In this document: positions 17,233 through 28,487 of the stretch, one piece after another
How positions within the stretch are numbered: position 1 is the stretch's first letter
How the letters are laid out: each line of letters begins with the position of its first letter
Assembly (NCBI GenBank): GCA_030695925.1
Contig: JAUYOH010000139.1
Coordinates: 15,142 to 79,141, forward strand
Length of the DNA stretch: 64,000 bases
Direction: 5' to 3'
From: Candidatus Omnitrophota bacterium
GTDB lineage: Bacteria; Omnitrophota; Gorgyraeia; Pluralincolimonadales; Pluralincolimonadaceae
Program-made: the position numbers and the translations under genes
The notes under the pieces: model-generated
Databases searched by the model: none
The model's input: the letters and a program-made list of their open reading frames with translations, nothing else
What the model was told of the DNA's origin: nothing

Positions 17233-18664
17233 TGTAAAAGGTTTTTTAAAAGTAAAACGCGAGGAACCATTATACAGGCCGGTTTGCGAACGCCTCAAGG
17301 ATTACCGCGAAGCCTTAAAGCTGCGTTCCGACGATAAATCCCGCGAACAGGGTTCACGCTGCATGGATTGCGGTGTCCCATTCTGCCACTGGGGCTGTCC
17401 CGTAGGCAATTATATCCCGGAGTGGAATGACCTTATGTTCCGCGGCCAGTGGAAGAAAGCCATAGAGACTCTTCACGCTACGAACAACTTACCCGAGATA
17501 ACGGGGCGGCTCTGCCCGGCGACCTGCGAATACGCGTGCGTCCTCGGCATTAATGATGACCCTGTCACTATCCGCGAGAATGAACTTGCGATAATCGAGC
17601 ACGCTTTCAGGGAGGGCTGGATAAGGCCTAATCCGCCGAAAAAACGCACCGGTAAGAAGATAGCGGTCGTAGGTTCCGGCCCAGCCGGCCTTGCCTGCGC
17701 CGACCAGCTTAATAAAGCCGGCCATAAAGTGACTGTCTTTGAAAGAGACGACAAGGTAGGCGGCATACTGCGCTACGGCATACCTGATTTCAAACTCGAG
17801 AAGTCTATAATCGACAGGCGTGTAACGATATTAAAGAAGGAAGGGATAGGATTTAAGACCTCAGTTGACGTCGGCGTTGATTATAAGATCTCGAAGTTAA
17901 AGAAAGATTTTGACGTTATAGTTCTGACCGGCGGAAGCCGCGTTCCGAGGGACCTGAATATCCCGGGACGGGAACTCAAAGGCATTCATTTCGCGATGGA
18001 TTACCTGATCCAATCCAATAGACGGGTCTCCGGCGCGAAGATCCCGATGGAGGAGATTATCGACGCGAAGGGAAAGAAAGTCGTCATCATCGGGGGCGGC
18101 GATACGGGCGCTGATTGCGTCGGGACAGCCCACAGGCAGGGCGCCTCATGTGTGGTCCAGATAGAGTTGCTGCCTCAACCATCGGAATGCAGGACTCTGG
18201 ATATGCCTTGGCCAAAATACCCGATGCTCCTGAAGACGTCATCGAGCCATGTCGAGGGCGGCGAGCGCAAATGGGCGGTCTCGACCAAACAATTCATAGG
18301 CGAAAAAGGTCATCTCGAGAGGCTTTCCTGCATAAAAGTCGACATAGGAAAGGATGAGAAAGGTTGTCTGCTTATAAAAGATATCCCGGGGACAGAATTT
18401 GAGATAGAGGCGGACCTCGTTATCCTTGCGCTCGGATTCGTCCATCCCGAAAAAGGGCTCATATTTCATCTCGGCGTCGAGCTTGACTTACGCGGTAACG
18501 TGAAGACAGATGAGCATTATCTTACTTCGGTAAAGGGTGTCTTCGCCGCGGGCGATATGAGACGTGGGCAATCTTTGATTGTATGGGCTATCTCAGAGGG
18601 CCGCCGCGCCGCGCACGCTATAGACAGGTATCTTATGGGTGAGACTTGTTTGCCGGATATGTAA
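17225..18664 (+). CDS. gltD: Glutamate synthase small subunit (NAD(P)H-dependent)
   Basis: 479 aa. Fe-S Cys clusters (CMDCGVPFCH...GCPV), GSGPAGLACA dinucleotide fold and GGGDTGADC. Overlaps the gltB stop. Confidence 0.9.
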   Translation: MGDVKGFLKVKREEPLYRPVCERLKDYREALKLRSDDKSREQGSRCMDCGVPFCHWGCPVGNYIPEWNDLMFRGQWKKAIETLHATNNLPEITGRLCPATCEYACVLGINDDPVTIRENELAIIEHAFREGWIRPNPPKKRTGKKIAVVGSGPAGLACADQLNKAGHKVTVFERDDKVGGILRYGIPDFKLEKSIIDRRVTILKKEGIGFKTSVDVGVDYKISKLKKDFDVIVLTGGSRVPRDLNIPGRELKGIHFAMDYLIQSNRRVSGAKIPMEEIIDAKGKKVVIIGGGDTGADCVGTAHRQGASCVVQIELLPQPSECRTLDMPWPKYPMLLKTSSSHVEGGERKWAVSTKQFIGEKGHLERLSCIKVDIGKDEKGCLLIKDIPGTEFEIEADLVILALGFVHPEKGLIFHLGVELDLRGNVKTDEHYLTSVKGVFAAGDMRRGQSLIVWAISEGRRAAHAIDRYLMGETCLPDM

Positions 18665-18757
18665 ACATACTTAAGGAGGGAGGTGGTGCGATAAAGGGTT
18701 CTATTTTTTTAATTATAGTTGCCTAAAAATTAGGCAAAACAGAAAGGAGATAGAGAA

Positions 18758-20368
18758 ATGAATTTGCAAAGGCCGAATGGAAACGACGCGACGAGGACTA
18801 TCAACCGTTCAAGGAACATTTCGCCGGGTTCAGGCATCTGTTCGCGGTGTATTGACGGATGTAGAGGTAATTGTGAAGTTTTTAAGGCTTCATTCAGGGG
18901 CCGCGAAGTTATTTATCCCGGGCCGTTCGGTGAGATAACAGCCGGAGGCGACAAAGATTATCCGGTGGATTATTCCCATCTGAACATTCAGGGGTATGCT
19001 TTGGGCGCTAAGGGACTGCCTAAAGGCGTTGAAGGTAATCCTGATACCACGAAGTTTCCCGATGTGGATACGGAAACAGAATACGGCTGGGATAAGAAAG
19101 TCAAGATGAAGGCTCCTATTTTTACGGGTGCCCTCGGTTCGACAGAGATAGCGAGGAAGAACTGGGAACATTTCGCCGTAGGCGCCGCTATTTCCGGAGT
19201 CACACTTGTCTGTGGAGAGAACGTATGCGGTATTGACCCCGCGCTCGAATTAGATAGTAAAGGTAAGGTTAAGAGCGCGCCCGACATGGACCGGCGCATA
19301 GAGGTTTATAGAAAATTTCACGACGGGTATGGTGAGATATTGGTCCAGATGAACGTGGAGGATACGCGCTTGGGTGTCGCCGAATACGTAAGGAAGAAGC
19401 ATAATCTTGAGACGATAGAGTTAAAATGGGGTCAGGGCGCTAAATGCATCGGAGGAGAGATTAAGGTAAAGACCCTTGAAAGGGCGCTTGAGCTGCAGAG
19501 GCGCGGTTATATCGTCACGCCGGACCCGTTGCTGCCGGCTAGCCAGAAGGCCTTCAAGGACGGCGCTATTAAAGAGTTCGAACGGCATTCGCGGTTAGGT
19601 TTTGTTTCGGAAGAAGCATTTTTAGCGGAAGTGAAACGCTTACGTGACCTCGGGTTTAAGAGGATTACGCTTAAGACCGGAGCCTACTCTATGAGAGAAC
19701 TTGCCATGGCGCTCCGGTATTCTTCTATTGCGCACATAGACCTTCTGACCATCGACGGCGCTCCGGGCGGCACAGGCATGAGCCCCTGGAGGATGATGGA
19801 AGAATGGGGCATACCGACTTTCTATCTGCAGGCATTGACGTATGAATTCTGCGAGAAATTGGCAAAGCAGGGTATGCGTATTCCCGACTTAGCCATAGCC
19901 GGCGGATTCTCGACCGAGGACCATGTCTTTAAAGTCTTAGCGATGGGGGCACCCTATGTCAAGGCGGTATGCATGGGACGCGCGTTGATGATACCCGGGA
20001 TGGTCGGCAAAAATATCGGCCTCTGGATCGAAAGCAACGATCTGCCGAAGACCGTCTCGGAATTCGGAAATACCCAGAAGGAGATCTTCGTATGCTATGA
20101 GGAATTGGCGGATAAATACGGCAAAAACATGAAAGATATCCCCTTGGGCGCCGTCGGCATCTACACGTTCGCGCAGAAGATCAGGGTAGGACTTCAGCAA
20201 CTGATGGCCGGAAGCAGAAATTTTAGGTTGAATACAATCTCGAGAAGAGATATAATGTCTCTAACCGAAGAGGCCGCTAAGGTATCGGGCATTCCCTATG
20301 TTATGGATGCATACCGAAAGGAGGCCGAAGAGATTCTCACCGGGAAAAAGAAGAGCAGTAAAAAATAG
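18758..20368 (+). CDS. Stand-alone FMN-binding glutamate-synthase-family protein (GltB domain-2 paralogue)
   Basis: 536 aa. Cys-rich N-terminus (CSRCIDGCRGNCEV). TIM-barrel region with GAPGGTGMSP and AIAGGFSTEDHVFKVLAMGA, as in the GltB FMN domain. Confidence 0.7.
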   Translation: MNLQRPNGNDATRTINRSRNISPGSGICSRCIDGCRGNCEVFKASFRGREVIYPGPFGEITAGGDKDYPVDYSHLNIQGYALGAKGLPKGVEGNPDTTKFPDVDTETEYGWDKKVKMKAPIFTGALGSTEIARKNWEHFAVGAAISGVTLVCGENVCGIDPALELDSKGKVKSAPDMDRRIEVYRKFHDGYGEILVQMNVEDTRLGVAEYVRKKHNLETIELKWGQGAKCIGGEIKVKTLERALELQRRGYIVTPDPLLPASQKAFKDGAIKEFERHSRLGFVSEEAFLAEVKRLRDLGFKRITLKTGAYSMRELAMALRYSSIAHIDLLTIDGAPGGTGMSPWRMMEEWGIPTFYLQALTYEFCEKLAKQGMRIPDLAIAGGFSTEDHVFKVLAMGAPYVKAVCMGRALMIPGMVGKNIGLWIESNDLPKTVSEFGNTQKEIFVCYEELADKYGKNMKDIPLGAVGIYTFAQKIRVGLQQLMAGSRNFRLNTISRRDIMSLTEEAAKVSGIPYVMDAYRKEAEEILTGKKKSSKK

Positions 20369-20374
20369 GACTTG

Positions 20375-21496
20375 ATGAGCAAGAGAAATTTTGGGAACGA
20401 ACAAAAAAAAGCAAAGATAGCCCTCGAAGACGGCAGGGTCTTCGAGGGCTTTTCTTTTGGAGCCGAAGGCGAAAGATACGGTGAGATAGTCTTTAATACC
20501 AGTATGGCCGGTTATCAGGAGATCCTTACCGATCCTTCTTACAGAGGTCAGATAGTGACGATGACCTACCCTCTTATCGGCAATTACGGCGTAAACAAAG
20601 AAGATGTCGAGTCATGGAGACCGTTTGCGGAAGGTTTCGTTGTCAAAGAAGCCAGCCGTCTTGCCAGTAATTGGCGTTCCCGTCAAAAATTGGATACATA
20701 CCTCAAGCAGAATAACATAGTGGGCATAGAAGGCGTGGATACTCGCGCTATAACTAAGCACATAAGACTTCAGGGCGCGATGAAAGCTGTCATATCGACC
20801 GGGGACCTGAACGATAAAAGTTTGATTAAAAAAGCGCGTTCTTCGCCCGGCTTGATCGGCAGGGACCTGGTCAAGGACATCACTACGAAAGGCATTAAGT
20901 ATTGGCAGAAGAAAGGTAAATATAAGGTTGTAGTTATTGATCTGGGTGTTAAGTTTAATATCTTACGCCAATTGGCAGCCAACGGCTGTTCCGTAGTTCT
21001 CGTGCCGGCGGACATAACGGCTGAAGAAATATTCCGGATCAAGCCCGACGGTATTCTTATCTCCAACGGGCCGGGAGATCCCGAAGGGATTCCCTATGTT
21101 GTTGAGACGGCAAAAAAATTGATAGGCAAATTGCCGATATTCGGGATTTGCTTCGGTCAACAGATACTTGGTTTGGCTTTTGGAGGCAAGACGTATAAGC
21201 TTAAATTCGGGCATCACGGCGGCAACCAACCGGTGAAGGATTTAGAGACCGGCAGAGTTCACATTACCGTTCAGAATCATGGTTTCTGCGTGGACATAAA
21301 GTCGCTTAATGCCAGAGATATAGAGATTACGCACGTTAACCTTAACGACGCAACACTTGAGGGGATGAGACATAGAAAGCTGCCCATATTTTCGGTACAG
21401 TTTCATCCCGAGGCCGGACCCGGCCCACATGACGCGCGGTATCTGTTTAAAGAATTCGTGAAGATGATGGAGACTAATCGTGCCAAGAAGAACTGA
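20375..21496 (+). CDS. carA: Carbamoyl-phosphate synthase small (glutaminase) subunit
   Basis: CarA N-domain ([34 protein letters not shown]). Class-I GATase with GICFGQQ and HGFC...QFHPE. ATG at 20375 chosen; TTG at 20372 is possible. Confidence 0.9.
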   Translation: MSKRNFGNEQKKAKIALEDGRVFEGFSFGAEGERYGEIVFNTSMAGYQEILTDPSYRGQIVTMTYPLIGNYGVNKEDVESWRPFAEGFVVKEASRLASNWRSRQKLDTYLKQNNIVGIEGVDTRAITKHIRLQGAMKAVISTGDLNDKSLIKKARSSPGLIGRDLVKDITTKGIKYWQKKGKYKVVVIDLGVKFNILRQLAANGCSVVLVPADITAEEIFRIKPDGILISNGPGDPEGIPYVVETAKKLIGKLPIFGICFGQQILGLAFGGKTYKLKFGHHGGNQPVKDLETGRVHITVQNHGFCVDIKSLNARDIEITHVNLNDATLEGMRHRKLPIFSVQFHPEAGPGPHDARYLFKEFVKMMETNRAKKN

Positions 21497-24400
21497 CATA
21501 CATAAAATTCTGATCATCGGTTCGGGTCCTATCGTGATAAGCCAGGCCTGCGAATTCGACTATTCGGGGACTCAGGCCTGCAAAGCGCTTAAAGAGGAAG
21601 GGTTTAAGGTCGTCCTCCTTAACTCTAATCCCGCCACGATAATGACCGATCCTGAGATGGCCGACGCTACCTATATCGAACCCGTAACGCCGGAGGTTTT
21701 GGAGAAGATCATAGAAAAAGAAAGGCCGGATGCGTTACTTCCGACATTGGGAGGACAGACAGGCCTTAATATCGCTATGAAGGTAGCGGAAAACGGCGTC
21801 CTGGATAAATATAACGTAAAGATGATAGGCGCAGATTATGACGTCATAAAAAAAGCCGAGGACAGGAAGTATTTTAAGAAAGCGATGCAGAAGATAGGAT
21901 TGGATGTGCCGGAGAGCGTCCCGGCGTGCAATATGAGAGAAGCGAGGAAGGCCGTAAAGAAGATAGGATTACCCGTTATCGTAAGGCCCAGTTTTACGCT
22001 TGGAGGCACGGGCGGCGGCATCGCGACGACAAACGAGGAATTTGAGCGAATAGCGGAACTCGGCATAAAGAGCAGCATGATCAATGAGGTCCTCATCGAG
22101 GAATCGATAGTGGGTTGGAAGGAATATGAACTGGAGGTAATGAGAGATTTAAAGGACAATGTCGTTATCGTCTGCTCGATAGAGAATTTCGACCCTATGG
22201 GAATCCACACCGGCGATTCGATAACCGTGGCACCCGCCCAAACGTTGACCGACCGGGAATACCAGACGATGAGGAACGCCGCTATCGCTATCATCAGGGA
22301 GATCGGTGTAGAGACAGGCGGTTCAAACATCCAGTTTGCGGTCGATCCCAAAAACGGCAGAATGGTCGTGATAGAGATGAACCCGAGAGTCTCAAGGAGT
22401 TCCGCCCTCGCAAGCAAGGCGACAGGTTTTCCCATAGCGAAATTTGCCGCGAAACTCGCGGTCGGTTATACCCTTGATGAGATAAGAAACGATATAACGA
22501 AAGAGACGCCGGCCTCATTCGAGCCCGCCATAGATTATTGCGTGGTCAAGATCCCGAGGTTCACGTTTGAGAAATTTCCCGAGGCAAAGGATATTCTGGG
22601 GATATCGATGAAATCAGTCGGAGAGACGATGGCCATCGGCAGGACGTTTAAAGAGGCGCTTCAGAAAGGGTTACGCGGCTTGGAGATAGGGCACTCCGGA
22701 TTAGACAGCAAACAGAATTACAAAAATATCCCGGCCAGGAAACTTCTCTCCAGATTGAAAGAGCCGAACGCCTCAAGGATATTCTATATCAAGTACGCTT
22801 TACAGAAGGGCATGAGCGTTGCGGAGATATCGAGGCTGACCGACATCGACCCCTGGTTTATCGGCAATATGGATGATATCGTAAGATTAGAGGAAAAGAT
22901 AAAGCGCGCATCTTCAGGCGGCCGTATTAGCAAAGAATTATTAAGACGAGCCAAGGAGTACGGGTTTAGCGATAAGCAAATAGCCGAACTTACCGGTTCC
23001 GATGAGTTATCAGTCAGACGGTTACGCAAGAAGGAAGGGATAGAGGCGACCTTTAAACTTGTCGATACCTGCGCGGCCGAATTCGAGGCCTATACGCCAT
23101 ATTATTATTCCACGTATGAGACGGAAGACGAGACGAGAAGATCGGACAAGAAGAAGATAATGATATTAGGCGGAGGGCCGAACAGGATAGGACAAGGGAT
23201 AGAGTTCGATTATTGCTGCTGTCACGCCTCCTTCGCGCTCAGGGAATTGGGTTACGAGACCATAATGGTAAATTCTAATCCCGAGACCGTCTCGACCGAT
23301 TATGACACTTCGGATAAACTCTATTTTGAGCCCTTGACATTCGAGGACGTGATGAATATAGTGGATAGGGAAAGGCCGGACGGCGTGATTGTCCAATTCG
23401 GCGGCCAGACGCCCCTTAATCTCGCCAAGCGGCTCGCAGACGCCGGCGTTCCGATAATCGGCACGAGTGTCGCTTCAATAGATATAGCCGAAGACAGGGA
23501 TAAGTTCTCGAAGCTGATAAAGAGACTCGGGATTAGCCAGCCCGCTAACGGCTCTACCGTCTCTAAGGCAGAGGCCAAGAAGATAGCCGAGAGGATCGGC
23601 TATCCGGTGCTGGTAAGGCCTTCATACGTCTTGGGAGGAAGGGCCATGAAGATAGTCTATGACGACGCCTCTCTGGACGAATTTATGAAAGAGGCCAAAG
23701 AGATCTCCGAAGACCGCCCTATCTTAATAGATAAATTTTTGGAAGGAGCCGTTGAGATAGATGTAGATGCTGTTTCCGATTCGGAAATAACCGTAATAGG
23801 CGGTATAATGGAGCATATAGAAGAGGCCGGCATCCATTCGGGTGATTCGGCATGCGTGCTTCCCCCTCATACGCTTAGCGAAGAGATCCTCAACACTATA
23901 CGGAAATACACGTCGGAAATTTCCAAGGAACTGAACGTCATAGGCCTGATTAACATACAGTTCGCGGTCAAAGAGGACACGGTATATATACTCGAAGTCA
24001 ATCCTCGCGCCTCAAGGACTGTCCCGTTTGTCAGCAAGGTCACGGGTGTGCCTCTGGCTAAGATTGCGGCCAAAGTAATGGCGGGGAAGAAATTAAAAGA
24101 ACTCGGATTTACGCGCGAGAAAGTGATAAACCATATAGCCGTCAAAGAATCGGTCCTTCCTTTTTCGAGGTTCTCCGGCGTGGATATCATACTGGGGCCG
24201 GAAATGAAATCTACGGGCGAGGTCATGGGCATAGACTCATCCTTCGGGATGGCGTTCTATAAATCCCAGGTCGCGGCGGGCGCGGCCCTCCCGAAGAGTG
24301 GAAGGGTATTTATAAGCGTAAGAAACGACGATAAGAGAGATATCGTATTTATCGCCAAGAAGCTTTCTGATATGGGCTTTGAGATAATAGCGACACAAGG

Positions 24401-24713
24401 CACCTCAAAGGTGTTGCGCTCCAACAGCATAAACGCCCAAGCAGTCTCGAAGATAAATGAGGGTAGCCTGCAGATACCGGAACTTATAAGGAAGAACCAG
24501 ATAGGACTTATCATAAATACCCCGTCGGGCAAGAGAGATCAGCCTGATATGAAATATATACGCAGTCTTGCGGTCATGCACGGCGTTCCCTGTATAACGA
24601 CTCTTCAGGGAGCGCAGGCAGCGGTAAACGGCATAGAATCTGTCCTGAAAAGTGATTTTTCTGTTAAATCGATCCAGGAGTATATATCGGAAAGCGAGTG
24701 TGCCAATGCCTAA
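21480..24713 (+). CDS. carB: Carbamoyl-phosphate synthase large subunit
   Basis: 1077 aa, GTG start overlapping carA. Duplicated ATP-grasp halves ([21 protein letters not shown] / [21 protein letters not shown]) and a C-terminal MGS-like domain. Confidence 0.95.
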   Translation: MPRRTDIHKILIIGSGPIVISQACEFDYSGTQACKALKEEGFKVVLLNSNPATIMTDPEMADATYIEPVTPEVLEKIIEKERPDALLPTLGGQTGLNIAMKVAENGVLDKYNVKMIGADYDVIKKAEDRKYFKKAMQKIGLDVPESVPACNMREARKAVKKIGLPVIVRPSFTLGGTGGGIATTNEEFERIAELGIKSSMINEVLIEESIVGWKEYELEVMRDLKDNVVIVCSIENFDPMGIHTGDSITVAPAQTLTDREYQTMRNAAIAIIREIGVETGGSNIQFAVDPKNGRMVVIEMNPRVSRSSALASKATGFPIAKFAAKLAVGYTLDEIRNDITKETPASFEPAIDYCVVKIPRFTFEKFPEAKDILGISMKSVGETMAIGRTFKEALQKGLRGLEIGHSGLDSKQNYKNIPARKLLSRLKEPNASRIFYIKYALQKGMSVAEISRLTDIDPWFIGNMDDIVRLEEKIKRASSGGRISKELLRRAKEYGFSDKQIAELTGSDELSVRRLRKKEGIEATFKLVDTCAAEFEAYTPYYYSTYETEDETRRSDKKKIMILGGGPNRIGQGIEFDYCCCHASFALRELGYETIMVNSNPETVSTDYDTSDKLYFEPLTFEDVMNIVDRERPDGVIVQFGGQTPLNLAKRLADAGVPIIGTSVASIDIAEDRDKFSKLIKRLGISQPANGSTVSKAEAKKIAERIGYPVLVRPSYVLGGRAMKIVYDDASLDEFMKEAKEISEDRPILIDKFLEGAVEIDVDAVSDSEITVIGGIMEHIEEAGIHSGDSACVLPPHTLSEEILNTIRKYTSEISKELNVIGLINIQFAVKEDTVYILEVNPRASRTVPFVSKVTGVPLAKIAAKVMAGKKLKELGFTREKVINHIAVKESVLPFSRFSGVDIILGPEMKSTGEVMGIDSSFGMAFYKSQVAAGAALPKSGRVFISVRNDDKRDIVFIAKKLSDMGFEIIATQGTSKVLRSNSINAQAVSKINEGSLQIPELIRKNQIGLIINTPSGKRDQPDMKYIRSLAVMHGVPCITTLQGAQAAVNGIESVLKSDFSVKSIQEYISESECANA

Positions 24714-26316
24714 GTATATCTTTGTTACCGGCGGAGTAATATCAAGTTTAGGTAAGGGAATCGCCTGCGCTTCCATAGGCAGGATATTGGAAGCCAGGGG
24801 ATTAAAAGTCACTTTGATGAAATTGGATCCCTATATCAATGTCGACCCCGGAACGATGAACCCTTACCAGCATGGCGAGGTCTATGTGACCGAGGATGGC
24901 GCCGAGACCGATCTGGACCTCGGACATTACGAGAGATTTACTAACGCTAAGATCACTAAATTTAACAATGTCACTACAGGCCAGGTCTACAATGCGGTGA
25001 TATCCAAAGAGAGACACGGCGATTATCTTGGCAAGACCATCCAGGTCATCCCGCATATCACTGACGAGATAAAGGAAAGGATCAAGAAAGTCGCCAAGGT
25101 CTCGTCTGCCGAGGTAATCATCGTGGAGATAGGGGGCACGGTAGGTGACATAGAGAGCCTGCCGTTTTTGGAAGCCGCAAGACAGTTCAGGTTAGACGTT
25201 GGTTATGATAATACGCTTTATGTCCATCTGACATTAGTCCCGTATATTAAAGTCGCGGGCGAGATCAAGACGAAGCCTACCCAGCATAGCGTAGGCACGC
25301 TGCGCGAGATCGGAATCCAACCGGATATCCTGATCTGCCGTACGGAGAAGTCCCTCTCGAACGAGGTAAAGGAAAAGATATCGTTATTCTGTAATATAAG
25401 GAAAGAAGCGGTCATCGAGGCCAGGGATGTGGATTCTATCTATCAAATACCGCTGGTCTTCAAGAGTCAGATCCTAGACGAGATAATCTTAAGTCATTTT
25501 AACCTGATCTGTAAATTTTCCGATCTAAAGGACTGGAAAGAGACCGTGGTAGACAGGGCGCTTAATCCCAAGAACAGGACGAAGATCGCTTTTGTGGGGA
25601 AGTATATCGGTTTACAGGACGCTTATAAGTCCGTATATGAATCGTTGACGCATGCCGGCATCGCTAACGATTGTAAGGTCGAACTCGAGAAGGTGGATTC
25701 CGAGGATATCGAGAAAGAGGGCGCGGATAAATTCTTGAGAGGCATTTCCGGCATTCTTGTCCCGGGCGGGTTCGGATATCGGGGTATCGAAGGAAAGATA
25801 AAGGCGATAAGATTCGCGAGAGAGAACAAGATTCCCTTTTTGGGCCTTTGCTTAGGTATGCAGTGCGCGGTGATTGAATTCTCACGAAATGTCTGCGACT
25901 TAAAGGGTGCGAATTCCACCGAATTCAAGGCGAAGACGAAGTATCCCGTAATCAGTCTATTGGAAGAGCAGGAGGGGATCAGTGATTTAGGCGGGACGAT
26001 GAGACTTGGAGCCTGTCCGTGCAGGATTAAAAAGAAGACATTGGCGTATAAGGTGTATGGCAAAGGGCTGATCCAAGAGCGTCACCGGCACAGATATGAG
26101 TTCAATAATAAATATAAGAAAAAGTTAGAGAAGAAAGGCATGGTCTTTTCCGGCATATATCCTAAACAAAATTTAGCGGAAATAATAGAATTAAAAGACC
26201 ATCCTTATTTTATCGCCGTGCAATTTCATCCGGAGTTTAAATCTAAACCCGACAGGTCTCATCCATTATTTAAGGAGTTTATTAAGGCCGCCTTAACGGT
26301 CAAAGCTATAAGATAG
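24706..26316 (+). CDS. pyrG: CTP synthase
   Basis: Start at the ATG at 24706 ([18 protein letters not shown]), 8-nt overlap with the carB stop. GGTVGDIES motif; GATase GLCLGMQ and QFHPEF. Confidence 0.95.
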   Translation: MPKYIFVTGGVISSLGKGIACASIGRILEARGLKVTLMKLDPYINVDPGTMNPYQHGEVYVTEDGAETDLDLGHYERFTNAKITKFNNVTTGQVYNAVISKERHGDYLGKTIQVIPHITDEIKERIKKVAKVSSAEVIIVEIGGTVGDIESLPFLEAARQFRLDVGYDNTLYVHLTLVPYIKVAGEIKTKPTQHSVGTLREIGIQPDILICRTEKSLSNEVKEKISLFCNIRKEAVIEARDVDSIYQIPLVFKSQILDEIILSHFNLICKFSDLKDWKETVVDRALNPKNRTKIAFVGKYIGLQDAYKSVYESLTHAGIANDCKVELEKVDSEDIEKEGADKFLRGISGILVPGGFGYRGIEGKIKAIRFARENKIPFLGLCLGMQCAVIEFSRNVCDLKGANSTEFKAKTKYPVISLLEEQEGISDLGGTMRLGACPCRIKKKTLAYKVYGKGLIQERHRHRYEFNNKYKKKLEKKGMVFSGIYPKQNLAEIIELKDHPYFIAVQFHPEFKSKPDRSHPLFKEFIKAALTVKAIR

Positions 26317-26332
26317 CTCTTGAGAATAAGAT

Positions 26333-26378
26333 AATGACACTCAGTGCCGATGAATCGGCATTGAGTGTCATTTTTATT
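26333..26378 (+). terminator. Strong Rho-independent terminator after pyrG
   Basis: 18-bp stem AATGACACTCAGTGCCGA / TCGGCATTGAGTGTCATT (one G-U pair), TGAA loop, then TTTTATT. Confidence 0.85.
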
Positions 26379-26386
26379 GGGTAATG

Positions 26387-26415
26387 CGTAATATAGATTT
26401 AACAATAGCGTAATA
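26387..26415. promoter_or_regulatory. Composite repeat CGTAATA-N2-GATTTAAC-N5-CGTAATA upstream of glnA
   Basis: Same two elements and the same N2/N5 spacings as at 9400-9429. Extra GTAAT copies at 26381 and 26421. A -10-like CATAAT lies at 26436-26441, and a sigma-54-like TGGCAT-N7-AGCA at 26433-26448. Confidence 0.5.
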
Positions 26416-26470
26416 ATGCCGTAATTAAAGTATGGCATAATTTTAGCAAAAATAAAAGGAGGTTATATCC

Positions 26471-27970
26471 GTGAAAAAGACCAAGTCAAAAGAGGTCAAG
26501 ACAAAGAATCCGCTCGTGAACGGCTCTTTCAACGAAAAAGCCGCGCGCGACGTGATGAAGATGATCAAAGAAAAAGATATCCTTATGGTCGACCTGAAGT
26601 TTAACGACCTTCCGGGATTATGGCAGCATTTCACTATACCGGCATCCGAATTAAAAGAGATGGATGATATCACCCGTTCCATCTGGGTAGACGGCATCGG
26701 GTTCGACGGTTCATCGATACGCGGTTTCCAGAAGATACAGGAATCCGATATGATCTTAATACCGGACCCGACATCGGCCGTCGTCGACCCCATATGCGAG
26801 GTGCCGACATTAAGCGTGTTATGCGATATCTACGATCCTTTGACGCGCAAACCGTACAGCCGCGACCCGCGTTATATCGCGAAGAAAGCGGAGAAGTATC
26901 TGAAGGACACCGGGATAGCCGATTCGATCTATTTCGGTCCCGAGGCCGAATTCTTCATCTTCAACGATGTCCGTTTTGACCAGAACGAGAACTCCGGTTA
27001 TTACTATATCGATTCAGACGAAGCCGACTGGAATACCGGGCGCAAGGAAGACCCGAACTTAGGATACAAGATCCGTTTTAAGGAAGGTTATTTCCCGGTC
27101 CCGCCGCACGATTCGCTTCAGGATTTAAGGAGCCGCATAGTCCTCAAGATGAGGGAAACCGGTATTAACATCGAAGTCCATCATCATGAGGTCGCGACCG
27201 CAGGCCAGTGTGAGATTGACATCAAGTTCGATAAATTGACCAAGATGGCCGACAACCTGTTGATGTACAAATACATCATTAAGAACATGGCCAAGAAAGC
27301 CGGCATGGTCGCCACATTCATGCCCAAACCGCTCTTCGCGGATAACGGTTCAGGCATGCATTGCCACCAGAGCCTCTGGAAGAATGGTGTCAACCTCTTC
27401 TTCGATAAGAACGGTTATGCCCTGATAAGCCAGACCGCGAAGTATTATATCGGCGGCCTGTTGAAGCATGCTAATAGCTTGATGGCCTTCTGCGCCCCGA
27501 CGACAAACTCATACAAGAGGCTTGTCCCGGGTTATGAAGCGCCTGTAAACCTCGTCTATTCGGCGCGCAACCGTTCAGCCGCTGTCCGGATACCGATGTA
27601 CAGTGATAGCCCGAAATCAAAGAGGATAGAATTCAGGCCGCCCGACCCGTCCTGTAACGGTTATATCGCCTTCAGCGCTATGCTAATGGCCGGTTTGGAC
27701 GGCATCCAGAACAAGATAGACCCGGGCAAACCGACGGATAAGGACCTCTTCGAATTAAGCGAAGAAGAGCTGAAGAAGATACCCACTGTTCCATCCTCTT
27801 TGCGCCGCGCTATCGATGCCTTGGAGGAGGACCACGATTATCTCTTGAAGGGCGGGGTCTTTACCAAGGACGTAATCGATGTGTGGCTTGAGTATAAGAG
27901 GAAGAAAGAGATAGACGCCGTGAGAATGCGTCCGCATCCTTACGAGTTTTATCTATACTTCGATATTTAA
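26471..27970 (+). CDS. glnA: Glutamine synthetase type I-beta
   Basis: 499 aa, GTG start 8 nt after AAGGAGG. GS motifs present ([40 protein letters not shown]). The GSI-beta insertion is present ([30 protein letters not shown]). Confidence 0.9.
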   Translation: MKKTKSKEVKTKNPLVNGSFNEKAARDVMKMIKEKDILMVDLKFNDLPGLWQHFTIPASELKEMDDITRSIWVDGIGFDGSSIRGFQKIQESDMILIPDPTSAVVDPICEVPTLSVLCDIYDPLTRKPYSRDPRYIAKKAEKYLKDTGIADSIYFGPEAEFFIFNDVRFDQNENSGYYYIDSDEADWNTGRKEDPNLGYKIRFKEGYFPVPPHDSLQDLRSRIVLKMRETGINIEVHHHEVATAGQCEIDIKFDKLTKMADNLLMYKYIIKNMAKKAGMVATFMPKPLFADNGSGMHCHQSLWKNGVNLFFDKNGYALISQTAKYYIGGLLKHANSLMAFCAPTTNSYKRLVPGYEAPVNLVYSARNRSAAVRIPMYSDSPKSKRIEFRPPDPSCNGYIAFSAMLMAGLDGIQNKIDPGKPTDKDLFELSEEELKKIPTVPSSLRRAIDALEEDHDYLLKGGVFTKDVIDVWLEYKRKKEIDAVRMRPHPYEFYLYFDI

Positions 27971-28368
27971 CGCGAAAACGCCAGATACCCCATCGTAAAG
28001 AAGCCGATGACAGGTATGATAGTTATAGCGCCTATCCAACCTTCCTTACCTCGCGCTATGGCGATCTTGTACCAGGCAAAAGCGGTCCAGAACAAAGCGC
28101 ATATCGGCCCAAAGAAAGTCCCTATTAACGGCACAAACGAGACGAGCAGAAGCAGCAGCCACTTGTAGTCTAATTTGCCGATCTTGCACATCAGGAATAG
28201 GTTGGCGACGGGTATCCATGCCATCCACGCCGGATGCTGACCTGTCTTCTTGGCGATGATTTGCAGGCAAATGGCGGAGTAGATATAGAGTAGCAGACAG
28301 ATAAAAATTATCACACCCGCAAAAGCCATCAGGAACGCCATAAAAGCCGCAGTCTCGGTATTATGCAT
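27967..28368 (-). CDS. Small polytopic membrane protein (function unknown)
   Basis: 133 aa with about 4 hydrophobic helices. The [16 protein letters not shown] pattern recalls small DUF-type membrane proteins. Its stop overlaps the glnA stop in a shared TTAA. Confidence 0.5.
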   Translation of the reverse strand: MHNTETAAFMAFLMAFAGVIIFICLLLYIYSAICLQIIAKKTGQHPAWMAWIPVANLFLMCKIGKLDYKWLLLLLVSFVPLIGTFFGPICALFWTAFAWYKIAIARGKEGWIGAITIIPVIGFFTMGYLAFSR

Positions 28369-28433
28369 AGCATTCTCCTTTTGCCTCGATTTTAACCGAA
28401 TATCCGCGTGAAAGCAATAAGAAATTTCTTTTC

Positions 28434-28461
28434 TTGCTTTTTTAAAGAAGTTTGGTATAAT
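28434..28461 (+). promoter_or_regulatory. Sigma-70 promoter with extended -10 upstream of nadE
   Basis: TTGCTT (28434-28439), 16-nt spacer, TGgTATAAT (-10 at 28456-28461). Preceded by the palindrome AAGAAATTTCTT. Confidence 0.5.
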
Positions 28462-28487
28462 ATGAGGCTAAATTAAGCGAGGTATTT

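Noticed and set aside
18719-18737. Perfect hairpin TTGCCTAA-AAA-TTAGGCAA between gltD and the GltB paralogue, considered as a terminator.
   Set aside because: No U-tract follows on either strand, so it is not called a terminator. It is mentioned only as context.
21836-22435. 199-aa antisense ORF inside carB. Similar antisense ORFs lie at 36636-37148, 38567-39085, 44765-45352 and 55898-56419.
   Set aside because: All lie inside well-supported plus-strand genes and lack an RBS or any motifs. I treat them as shadow ORFs.
24652-24705. Upstream extension of pyrG. The analogous case is 35953-36006 for the sugar-binding protein.
   Set aside because: These extensions run inside the preceding genes. 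The internal ATGs give canonical N-termini ([11 protein letters not shown]; a lipoprotein signal peptide after a strong AGGAGG).
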